The position numbers were made by a program, and so were the translations under genes. Positions 24,623 through 35,970 of a stretch of DNA of 64,000 nucleotides are shown here, one piece after another (within the stretch, counting starts at the first letter, position 1; every line of letters begins with the position of its first letter). The DNA is taken from contig NC_090339.1 of assembly GCF_035084215.1 (NCBI RefSeq), positions 38,502,001-38,566,000 on the forward strand, written 5' to 3'. The DNA comes from Heptranchias perlo (Eukaryota). The notes beneath the pieces are model-generated. The model worked only from the letters and a program-made list of their open reading frames with translations, searched no databases and was not told the origin of the DNA.

Positions 24623-26956
24623 CCAACTGAAGCACTGCCTACTAAATCCATGTCACATTTCTTTATCTCACACCAGGCATCTTATGGGCACTCTGGGTGA
24701 AATTGTCAATTTTGTGCCCATTAGTACCCAACAGGTAGTTCCGTGCTATGGGTCCACACCCACTGGTAAACTAGTACAGGCTGCCCAAACTCATCACATG
24801 TTATAGTGAGCAGGGAAAGTAGACTTTCACCCCATCAGTCTGGTCTGGATTTAAATCAATAACCTAGTGGTGAAGAGACAATATTGATTTTGTTAACTGA
24901 ACAATTGGAATTCCTCTATATTCTTCTTATTGCCCTGTTCTCCTGGGGCAACATACCAACTTCAGCTGAGGTGAGAAGGGTGGAACCTACTTAAAAGTCA
25001 CTGCCAGTGCCTCTGAACCAGCCATTGGAAATCTTAGAGCAGTCCAGTGATGACTCTTCCATCGATTTGTCCTTAACACCAACCCCCACCCCCCCACCCC
25101 CTTAGCTTGCTTGCTACCTCAGCAAGGCAATGCAGCCAAGATCAAGGCCATAAACCCATATCTCATCACTCTATGATGTACGTTTAAAAGGAGAGATGCT
25201 AAATAGTGCTCGCAAGATCATTTCCTTTAGACTTCACCTGTGTGAAAACGTGAGGCCTACAACAGCAATCAGGAGAGAGTTGGACATCATTTGATTCATT
25301 CTTATCTTCAGAGAGAATGTACAAGTCAGAGATGTAGAAACCATTCACGAGACTGAGAGAAATAGAGATAGATTCAGAGGAAAGAATCAGCTTCTGTAGG
25401 GCTCCAGATAAAAAGTCAATTTGCAAATTTTGTACTACAGCTAAAGGGGCTCTTCCTTTCTTTACAAATGTATGGCGCAATGGGCATGTATCATATTGCA
25501 TCACATTGTCATATCACTCGCATGTAACAACATTTTGAAGAAAATAACAATCCTTTTCTCTTCTCCAAAGAAAGATTTGTGTAGCATTTTTTTCATGATG
25601 ACTGTGGGCCTTTAACCATTCATTCAGGAATTAAATCAAAATGTTTTCATTCTGTCTGTAACCACTGGGAGATTTTTATATGATCCAATTAGGTGATCCC
25701 AATATTTATAAATTAGCTCCAAAAATATCCAGTTTGAAACACTTTGAGGTCAGAGTTCAGTTCGGATCATTTCCGTCCCTTCACATTGTTTCAATCATTC
25801 TTATCTTCAGAAAGAAAGTACAAGTCAGACAAGTGTCACAGACTGAGAGTAACAGAAGTCAGTTGAACCTTAAACTGGGAGCAGAAAGGTAACATTTGAG
25901 TCATTAGGGTGATGATTCCAGAAGCTAGGAATTTAGTGTTCAATGTTAACTGCACATAACACACCTCAGTGCATTCATCATTGGTAAATGTGGACTGTTT
26001 GATAAAAGGGCTGCTGGATATAGGTGTGGTATACCAAATTTCTTTGCGTTTGAATTTGCATTATTAAGAGCACTGTTTGCTTTCTGCTGTGTAAAGATAT
26101 TATTGTTTGCATATTCTGGTTGTGCTAGGCACTTTGTGTGACTCCTCCTTCTCAAGGAGATAAAGAGAGCACTCAACATAAGTAAGTCCATAAAGGTTTG
26201 CTCATTGCCATGAGTGATCAAAGAGTAACCATTATCAGATACACTCTTGGAGAGATCTGAAAAGCCCAGAGTTGAAAGGTCGGCCAAGCCCACTACATTC
26301 CTTTCAGAGAGACCTTTTCTGGCCTTTCTGATAATACAGATTACGTTAGGACTTATTTGTCACCTTGAGGAACATGGGTTGAATTCAGTTCAGATCAGTG
26401 AGATGAAAGTTTCCGCACTCAGCCTCCTATATGGGCCAAAAGTAGGTTGTCTCAATTAAGTCCCTAGTAGGGACGTGCCTATGGAATAGAATTTTCACAA
26501 GTTCAGTACTAGCTGACATAAGTATTCAACTTAACTCAAAGAAGTCACAAGGATGCTAGTGTAGGAAATAGAAGTGTCACACTGATTCAGCTGAGGGTAC
26601 TATTCTGAAGTTGGAGTTAAGGCATGTTGTTTGGCAGAGCCGAGAGAGTTCTTCACTGCATGTGGTCCATGTTGTACCTTACCTAAGAATGCTTAAAGGA
26701 AGAGTGCAACAAGCACATCTGCTAAAGCACAAGAGTTCACAGAGTGACTTCAGATTTTGTCTTAATTTTAGGGGCCAAGCATGATCAGCAATGTATTGAC
26801 TTCATTGCATCACTAATCCCACAATCCTCTGTATACCAGCATAGCAAAAGAGATCTCCAGGATATTTACCTTTCCAACTCATTCAAAATTAATGTTAAAA
26901 AATGAAAAATGTCAGTGGGTGATGCAGTTGGCCCCAGAATGCTCAGGCTAGAGTAA

Positions 26957-27921
26957 GAGGACTTGAATGTGGGTAGCCTGATCAAGAAGTTTGCAGATGA
27001 TACAAAAATTGGCCATGTGGTTGATAGTAAGGAGGAACGCCATAGACGGCAGGAAGATATCAATGGACTGCTCAGGTGGGCAGAAAAGTGGCAAATGGAA
27101 TTCAATCCAGAGAAGTGTGAGGTAATGCACTTGGGGAGGGCAAACAAGGCAATGGAGTACACAATAACAATAAATGGGAGGATACTGAGAGGTGCAGAGA
27201 AACAAAGGGACCTTGGAGTGCATGTCCACAGATCCCTGAAGGTAGCAGGACAGGTAGATAAGGTGGTTAAAAAGGCATACGGGATACTTTCCTTTATTAG
27301 CCGAGGCATAGACTATAAGAGCAGGGAGGCTATGCTAGAACTGTATAAAACATTGGTTAGGCCACAGCTTGAGTACTGCATACAGTTCTAGTTACCACAT
27401 TACAGGAAAGATGTGATTGCACTAGAGAGGGTCACAGGAGGTTTACGAGGATGTTGCCAGGGCTGGTGAATTTTAGCTATGAGAAAAGATTGGATGGGCT
27501 GGGGTTGTTTTCTTTGGAACAAAGGAGGCTGAGGGGAGATTTAAATGAGGTATATAAAATTATGACGGGTTTAGATAAAGTGGATAGGGAGGACTTATTT
27601 CCCTTAGCAGAGGGGTCAGTGACCAGGGGGCATAGATTTAAAGTAATTGGTAGAAGGATTAGAGGAGAGCTGAGCAGAAATTTTTTCACCCAGAGGGTGG
27701 TGGGGATCTGGAACTCACTGCCTGAAAGGGTGGTAGAGACAGAAACCCTCAACTCATTTAAAAAGTACTTGGATGTGCACTTGAAGTGCCGTAACCTACA
27801 GGGCTATGGACCAAGTACTGGAAAGTGGGATTAAGCTGGATAGCTCTTTTTCAGCTGGCACAAATACGATGGGCCGAATGGCCTCCTTCAGTGCCATAAC
27901 TTTCAATGATTCTATGATTCT
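26957..27921 (+). mobile_element. CR1 3' fragment
   Basis: KFADDTKIG...RPQLEYCIQF, RNFFTQRVVGIWNSLP, (TTCTATGA)n-like tail. Confidence 0.92.
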
Positions 27922-28460
27922 AAGAGAATAAATCCGAGGGGCTCCTGCCGCAGATTGCTATCTAGTGGCCCCTTGTATGGACATTGGTTAGTCTGCCTGT
28001 GATGTCCCTCCATTCTCTCCAAGTCAAATAGTTGCTGCCAGCCATAAAACCAATATCCTGTATAAGTCAGAAGGAGCAGGGAGAAAATTGGAGGGAGTAT
28101 CACTTAGCTGGTTGATTTTTGAGATATTACAGACACATCAAAGATGATATGGAATCACAAACAATTCTACCTCAACAAGATCACAAATATAGTTTACTTT
28201 TTAAACATGATAATGTAGGGATGCAAGATGCCTCGAAGCATTAAATCATAATATTGTTTAATAATACTCAGAGTATGTGCCAGTGGCTCCAATCTGCACA
28301 AAGTATTCTCACAGGCATGTGAGAGGATTGCATCTGTGATGATAGCAAGTTTGGAGATGGTGGTCGTTGGTGCAACGTTTCCTATATTACAACAGTGACT
28401 TCACTTCAAAAGTACTTCATTGGCAACTGTGGGTAAATTTACATTGTTGGATGTTAATTA

Positions 28461-28620
28461 TGATGTGGAGATGCCGGTGATGGACTGGGGTTGACAATTG
28501 TAAACAATTTTACAACACCAAGTTATAGTCCAGCAATTTTATTTTAAATTCACAAGCTTTCGGAGGCTTCCTCCTTCCTCAGGTAAATGTTCAGGAGCTC
28601 CTCGAAGCCTACGCATTTAT
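28461..28620 (-). mobile_element. Penelope-like element terminal (pLTR) fragment
   Basis: Homologous to the 3' end of the GIY-YIG element at 48859-49613; flanked by TGTTAATTA at 28452-28460 and 28628-28636. Confidence 0.8.
28548..28588 (-). ncRNA. Minimal type I hammerhead ribozyme
   Basis: AUUUAC-CUGAGGA-A-GGAGG aag CCUCC-GAAA-GCUU-GUGAAU: intact core, 6-bp stem I, 5-bp stem II, palindromic AAGCUU stem III. Confidence 0.8.
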
Positions 28621-29094
28621 ACCAGCTTGTTAATTAAACCAGCTTGACAGAGGAGTCAATCACAGCAAGGTGAGAAGGTGTGGCGATGGCCCTTTTCTGG
28701 GTTGGAAGATGCCACAGCTATCCTCTCATTACGATGAAAAGGTCCCACTCACAGTCATGGAGCCCTAAAAGCAGGTAGCTGCCTTTTCTCTTTCATATTC
28801 TTTCCCCCCCTCTATTTTGCTCTCTTTCTGTCTCTGATGAAAGGCTTCTACCTGAAACACTAAGTATTTTTTCTCTTTTCAGATCGCATCAATCACATTC
28901 CTTACTGTAAACTCTAGTTTTATTGGCTATTCATAACACTGGTGGCACTACACTGCATTTGGAAAGATAATTAACAATTTTTATACTTAAAGGAATAACA
29001 CAATCCATCTAAATGGCAGAATACAGCCTACATGAGAAATAAACGAAAATCCTCCATACACATTTAACTTAACTGCAATACCAGATAAGTCAAT

Positions 29095-29338
29095 GAACAG
29101 CAGGGGAGTTCTCCCCGATATCCTGGCCAATATTTGTCTCCCAACCAACTTCACTAAAACAGATTATCTGGTCATTATCACATTGCTGTTTGTGGGATCT
29201 TGCTGTGTGGAAATTGACTGCAACGTTTCCTATATTACAACAGTGACTTCACTTCAAAAGTACTTCATTGGCTGTAAAGCGCTTTGGAACGTCCTGAGCT
29301 TGTGAAAGGCGCTATATAAATGCAAATCTTTTTTTTTT
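29095..29338 (+). mobile_element. Deu-domain SINE (SacSINE1/AmnSINE1-like), 3' part
   Basis: ggggagttctcccc...acagattatctggtcattatcacattgctgtttgtggg...aaggcgctatataaatgcaa; family name from recalled consensus. Confidence 0.7.
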
Positions 29339-31104
29339 AATGCTGCTACCAGCAGAAGTGCCTGGAGCTTTTCCAAAACACTCAAAAAGGTCCTCCATCC
29401 TTCTTGCTCTGAGCACACAGATGATTCACACATCAAGAGAGCACTATTTTGATGCAAGGGATATACAGCTGAATACAAACATTCTGAATACAAACATTCT
29501 CAGTAGCATGTATTTTTGTTAGTGGTATCTCCCTGCTATGCAATAGGATTGAGCATGACTGACTCAGATGAATGCACAGCTAACTCCCACCCAGCTGTAT
29601 AATCGCTGGTACTGTTTGATTTCTGCAGTCAGCCGTATAATGAAACTTGTCTGTTTTCAGACTGGCAAGTTTTTTTTTTGCAGATTGTCCGGAAATTTCT
29701 AAGAAGTAAACTGGATCCCAAAAGTCCAGTTTAAAAATTAAAATCTATTCCTTTGTCCTTCATTCTCTTATGATCCTATCTATAGCCTGGCCCTTTCCCT
29801 GCTTGCTGTCTGCTTTTGATTTGGCAAAAGTAGACATCCCTTCTGAAGTAAGTGACAGTGAAATAAAGATTTTTTTAAAAATAAAAATGCACAAATGATT
29901 TAAGGGAATTTGGTGACATAGTTTAAGTGAAGCTTGAGTTAGTAAGTTCTTTTCATGGGACCATGAGCGTACTTGCAAATGTTATTGTTCCAAGATACCT
30001 TCTTGTCTCCTCAGATTGTTAATGGGAGTGTAAGTCAGCACCAAAATTGTGCACATTTTACATGAAAAGTGTATATCCCGTGGACTTGGCATTCAAAAGG
30101 GAGAATTTGGAGAGCTGCTTAAATACATTGCTCTGCACTATGGTGTGTGCATCACAGAGAGACAGAACTTACCTTGAATTGCCAGCTACACAATCCTCGT
30201 TTATCAAATATGTGTACCGTCTTGGGGCAATGCATCACGCTGCTCTCATCCACATTGTAACCAGTAGGACAGGAGGTCTGCTGGATTTGGGTAGAAATGT
30301 GCTGGTTGGATAGCTTACTACGTAAAGGCTTATACTCTGTCATGCTATGTTAGTGAAGATCCCACTTTATATTGATTTAGAGCGATTTATAGCTTTGGTT
30401 AGAGCTGGTTATTTACTAGTTTTGATCTCACTTAGTAACCTTATTTTCTTTCCTCCAATTTTTTCCTGACCTCTTCTAAAAGCGTTAATTCATTCTGAAG
30501 CATTTACAGTCACATAAATAACATGCACCCCCTCTATACTCAGCAAATGACTGGTGTACCTGAGTATCATTAACCCTCAACATCCCTGGGTTCAGAGGTA
30601 AAAATCAGACAGCATTCCCATTCTAATCAGTGACCCCTGCTTGAAAGTGACCTATTCACTGGCTTTGACACAAGTATCCGCCCTTAGGTGCAACAGGTTG
30701 GATCCCCTGCTCTAAACCACCTTCTCCTTTCTACCTAAGCCAGAGATTGACCCTCACCACACTCTATAAACTCTCAATATGTTGTCAAAATTAGTAAATA
30801 CTCAGTACATGTACCTGGAAGTGTCATGTAACCTACAATGTATCAAAACCCAAGAAAGTGTATAAAAAAGAAATAAAACAATGTTTGGGAACAGAAAAAG
30901 GTATTTGACCAAACAAACCAGTTCTTTTTTGTATTATCTCAATCCTACCCGCCCACCTTCCATCCACCAGACAGAAGAGCTAGGGTGATAAAAGTATTTT
31001 TCTTTATTAATATCTATCTTGTGATCTTGTAAGCTTTTGTTGGTCCAACAACACATGTAATTCTTTCCTGAACTCAATTGTACTATTACAACGCCTAATG
31101 CCTA

Positions 31105-32586
31105 TAAGTAAAAACAATGGTAATGGAGAAAATAATGGGACTTAAGATAGACAAATCTCCAGGACTTGATGGTTTCCACCCTAGGGTATTAAAAGAAACA
31201 AATGGGAAAATTGCAGATGCATTAATCAGAATTTTTCAAAGCTCTCTAGATTTGGGAATTGTGCCTTTGGACTGGAATATTGCAAATGTCTCTCCTTTAT
31301 TTAAGACAGGAGGGAGTGACAAACCAGGAAACTACAGACCTGTCAGTTTAACATCAGTGGGGGGAAGTTAATGAAATCTATCATCAGGGACAGAGTGACT
31401 GAGCATTTGAATAAGTATGAGCTGATCAAAGAGACTCAGCATGGATTTGTGAAGGGTATGTCATATCTGATTAATCTATTTGTTTTATTTTGAGGAGGTC
31501 ACTAACATGATGACAGGGGAGTGTCCATGTGGATTTCCAGAAGGCATTTGATAAGGTTCCGCACAAAAGATTATTAGTAACAATGAGTGCACATGGAATT
31601 GGAAGTCACCTTATGACAAGGGTTAGAAATTGGTTGGGAGGTAGGAGGCAGAGAGTAGGGATAAAGGGATTGTACTCTGATTAGAGAGATGTGACACGTG
31701 GTGTTCCACAGGGATCTGTACTGGGCCTTGAGTTTTTCACCATATATATCTTGGATGAAGGAATAGAGAGTTGTATATCCAAGTTTGCAGATTACACTAA
31801 GTTAGGAAGCACAGTAAGGTGTGAAATTCAATGTGGGGAAGTGTAATGTGACACACTTTAGAACCAAGAAAGACAAATCGGAATATTTTCTTAATGGCGA
31901 TAGACTCAAAACTGTGTAGGAGCAAAGGGATTTAGGTGCCCAGGTACACAAATCACTAAATGCTAGTGCACAGGTGCAAAAAGTAATCAAAAAGGCTAAT
32001 GGAATGTTGGCCTTTATCTCAAGGGGGTTGGAATACAAAAGTGAGGAAGTGATGCTTCAGTTGTATAGAGCCTTGGACAGACCTCATCTGGAATACTATG
32101 TTTTGGGCACCCCACCTCAGAAAGGAGGATGTACAGTGCAGATTCACCAGATTGATACCAGGGCTTAAAGGATTAAATTATGAGAACAAGTTGCATAAAT
32201 TATTACTTTGAGTTTAGAAGGTTGAGGGGTGATCTAATTGAGGTGTTTAAATTGATAAAAGGATTCGCTTGAGTAGATACGGAGAGGCTATTTCCTCTGG
32301 TGGGGGAATCCAGAACAAGGAGTCACAATCTTAAAATTAGAGCTAGGCCATTCAGAAGTGAAATTAGGAAATACTTCTTCACACAAAGCGTAATTCTCTC
32401 CCCCAAAAGCTGTGGACGCTGGGTCAATTAAAATTTTCAAGACTGAGAGTGACAGATTTTTATTAGGTGCGGGTATCATGGGATATAGATCAAAGGCGAA
32501 TAAATGGAGTCAAGGTATAGATCAGCCATTATCTGATTAAATGGCAGAACAGGATCAAGAGGCTGAATGGCCTACTTCTGTTCCTA
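31105..32586 (+). mobile_element. Degenerate CR1 ORF2 3' portion
   Basis: DKSPGLDGFHPRVLKE, NYRPVSLTS, KKANGMLAFISRG, 3' stem-loop; many indels. Confidence 0.9.
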
Positions 32587-33311
32587 AGTAACCCTAGTAA
32601 CAGCAATTGTGTAAATTCCTGATTTCCTATCATTCCGTGCAAATGTCCCAAAACACTAATATTTTTTCTGATATAAAACTTTGAATATGTGTAGATAAGA
32701 AACAATATACAAGAGGGTACAGATAAGAGACAATAGGCCTAATGGTGATACTGGGGTGCAAGTTGGATGCAGGAGGCCTGGTGGAGGTGGGAATTCTGTG
32801 GGAGCCAGAAACGCCATCTCTATACTCAGAATCCCACCGGCTGCCAATTCATTTAAAGGGCCTGGGGCAGGACGATTTCCAACTGCCCCAAACTTGGTAT
32901 CGGGCATCAGAAACGGCGGGGCTATGCAGAGTGAATGCCTATGCTGGGAATTTCCACAGCCCCAGCCTTCCTACCGCCAACTGACCAGGACGCTGCAGTC
33001 ATGGCCTGGAAGATCCTCGAAAGTCTTCCTATGCTTGATCGGATTGGCCCTTCCATAAAGGGGGCTGATTTGCCTGATTCCGCCGGGGGAGGGGGAGGAA
33101 CCACCTAGCCCTATGTTTCCTGTCTCCCTCCTCTCGTGGACACTCAAGATGTGCCCATATTGGCGAAGGTGTCTGCTACTGGCATGCAATTGATGTAACC
33201 CCACCCTGGCCCTGGAGCATCCAATAGAGTCTGGAGCAGAGGTCACCAGCTCCCACTCTGGTGGTAGCAGGGCTGAGGATTTTCAACCTCAACGTTCTGA
33301 GTTGCATTTAC

Positions 33312-33475
33312 CTGCATGTGTTTTTTGAAGGAGTTTCTAAGGAAAGTCCACTGGATGTCCAGCTTAGACAAGTCGTGCAGGGTAGTTTTGTACGTACACG
33401 GCAAGGTGACACTCTCTCCTTCTGTTGCATTCATCCGTCTGTCCTTCACTGTCACCTGAACAGCAAGCGCACATC
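33312..33475 (-). CDS. vsig1: vsig1 exon 2 (first half of V domain)
   Basis: Acceptor tttttctctcag|GA; CALAVQVTVKDRRMNATEGESVTLPCTYKTTLHDLSKLDIQWTF...HMQ; donor CAG|gtaaat; phase 0. Confidence 0.95.
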
Positions 33476-34657
33476 CTGAGAGAAAAACAGATCCACTGAT
33501 GATCAGGACATCCTTGCTGCTAAATCTAACCAACAGGCATGACGTGTAAATTTTACCATAATACATTCAACAGAAGCGGAATCTGTAAAACAATGCATTG
33601 ATCACACACAGGACCATACAAATATGTTAGAAATATTCCTGTAGGATTAAATATATGTGATTTAGATTAATTTTCTCCCTTTATCTTAGGCGACACATGT
33701 ACTCCACGAGTGATGTTGAAATAGCTAAAGGTGATAGCCGGAACTGATGTACATTCTGTTAAGATGAGATCGAAGACAAATCAAGAATCTGGTTTATTTT
33801 GTAAAATACACTTGACTGAACATAAGTAGTAATTCCAGACTTTTAATTTTTTTTTCCTACAATGCTTCCCATAACAAGAAAGATGCACTACCCTATCCCA
33901 AATAACATTAATTTCTGGTCAGCTTCTGAGAAAACCAATCTGCTATTTTTTAATTCCCAACTGCCCCTGAGCATGGGTTTTTCTCTTATTATTGTAAATT
34001 CTGACCCCAGGAAGTGGAATCTCATCAGTCTGCAATGCTGAGCTCAAATGAATCAAGTCATTTCAATCAAAATAGACGTGAACAAAACATTGAGATGTCC
34101 AAACAAACTTTCATTGATAGCAGCATGCTGATTCAGACACCAATCCGAATGTTAATTTACATCTCCATGCCCTATTGTCCTGTGAATTTAACTCCCTGAG
34201 AATAAAGTTTAACTTAATAGAAACATTTTAAATATATATTATACCAAGCTGTGGCAGCACAGACAGAAATCCCAAAATGTGGCACAGGTTTAGATAGCCT
34301 GCATTTAGATAGCACTGGCTGGAAAATCTAAGTTACATTGTGTACAGGACAATAAGGAATTTATATAACATAGCACAGACCAGAGATAGAATCTGGGACT
34401 TCTGGTCTGTGTGACTCAGTACCACTGGCAGTGAATTCTCCCAGTAGGTCATCAGGTGGAGAAAATAAAACACTTCTAAATTGAGAGAAAGAAAAGGGCA
34501 GAGTTCAATTCATTTCCCACCCAGCCTCATACCACTTCCAAAAAGACAGAGCCCATGGCAGCTGTAGTTATAGGGAGTCATTGACTCAAGAAAGCCCTTG
34601 ATGCCATGTGTTACACAGCTCTGATTTAGGTTTTCAATCTTGCAAAGTTGCTAAATG

Positions 34658-34893
34658 CAGCTGTTCAGGGCCCTGGAACAGAGAAGCAGCTTTACAGCGT
34701 ATTGATTAACTGTTCGGGGGCCAGGGAACTGAGGTATAACTTATACAGTGCATTGATCAGCTGGTCAGAGGTCTGGGGAGCAGAGAAACATCTTATACAG
34801 TGAATTGATCAATTGTTCAGGAACCCAAGGAGTGAAGAAGAAACTTATATAGTAAACTGATCAGCTGCTGAGATATCTGAGGAGTGAAAGAGC
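34658..34893. repeat. Degenerate ~51-bp minisatellite, about 4.5 units
   Basis: Recurrent cttatacagtg-attgatcagctgttcag every 51-52 bp. Confidence 0.8.
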
Positions 34894-34989
34894 TTGAGTG
34901 TTTCATTCAGTATGGGCACTGGTTAGGGGCTGGGAAAGTTAAGATACAATGTGTTGTCTCTGATTGAAGCTGATTTTCAACCCATTAAA

Positions 34990-35382
34990 AGAAAGAAAAA
35001 GACTTGCATTTATATAGCGCCTTTCACGACATTCAGCATGTCCCAAAGTGCTTTACAACCAATGAAGTACTTTTGGAGTGTAGTTACTGTTGTAATGTAG
35101 GAAACATGGCAGCCAAATTGCGCAAAGCAAGGTCCCACAAACAGCAATGTGATGATGACCAGATAATCTGTTTTAGTGATATTGGTTGAGGGATAAATAT
35201 TGGCTAGGATACCGGGGAGAACTCCCCTGCTCTTCTTCAAAATAGTGCCGTGGGATCTTTTACACCCACCTGAGAGGGCAGACGTCCTCTTGGTTTAACG
35301 TCTCATCCAAAAGACAGCACCTCCGACAATGCAGTACTGCACTAAGAGTGTCAGCCTAGATTTTGTGCTCAAGTCTCTGGAT
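34990..35382 (-). mobile_element. Deu-domain SINE (SacSINE1/AmnSINE1-like)
   Basis: Reverse complement matches 29095-29338 and extends 5' through taaaagatcccacggcactatttt. Confidence 0.72.
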
Positions 35383-35600
35383 CATGCACCATGACAAAAT
35401 TAAAGAAGCCAATACTAAGCTAAATCTTACACAAAAATGTTTCAAGTTTGTCATATTACTATTGAATAGAGTATGGTGTATGTCCATGCTTGAGTGGGAG
35501 ACGAATGACAGTCCACTTACACATTTTATACTCAGATGTGCTGCTGAGCATGTCATTCAAGAGAAGCTCCTGGTACCTGCTGTCCATTTAGTGAGGGCTC

Positions 35601-35970
35601 AACATAGGAACAGGAGTAGGCCATTTAACCCCTTGAGCCTGTTCCGCCATTCAATAAGATCGTGGCTGATCTGTGACGTAACTCCATATACCCACCTTAG
35701 CCCCATATCCCTTAATACCTTTGGTTAACAAAAGTCTATCAGTCTCCGATTTAAAATTAACAATTGAGCTAGCATCAATTGCCATTTGCGGAAGAGAGTT
35801 CCAAACTTCTACCACCCTTTGCGTGTAGAAGTGTTACCTAACTTTACTCCTGAAAGACCTGGCTCTAATTTTTAGGCTATGTCCCCTAGTCCTGGATTCC
35901 CAACCAGCAGAAATAGTTTCTCTCTATCTACCCTATCAGTTCCCCTTAATACTTGAAAACTTCGATCAAA
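35601..35970 (-). mobile_element. CR1 3' fragment
   Basis: 3' stem-loop (caggagtaggcc...gagcctg) and RT-tail coding remnant. Confidence 0.85.

Noticed and set aside
34658-34893. CRISPR-like repeat/spacer pattern
   Set aside because: The spacers are homologous to one another, the repeats are degenerate, there are no cas genes and the context is vertebrate.
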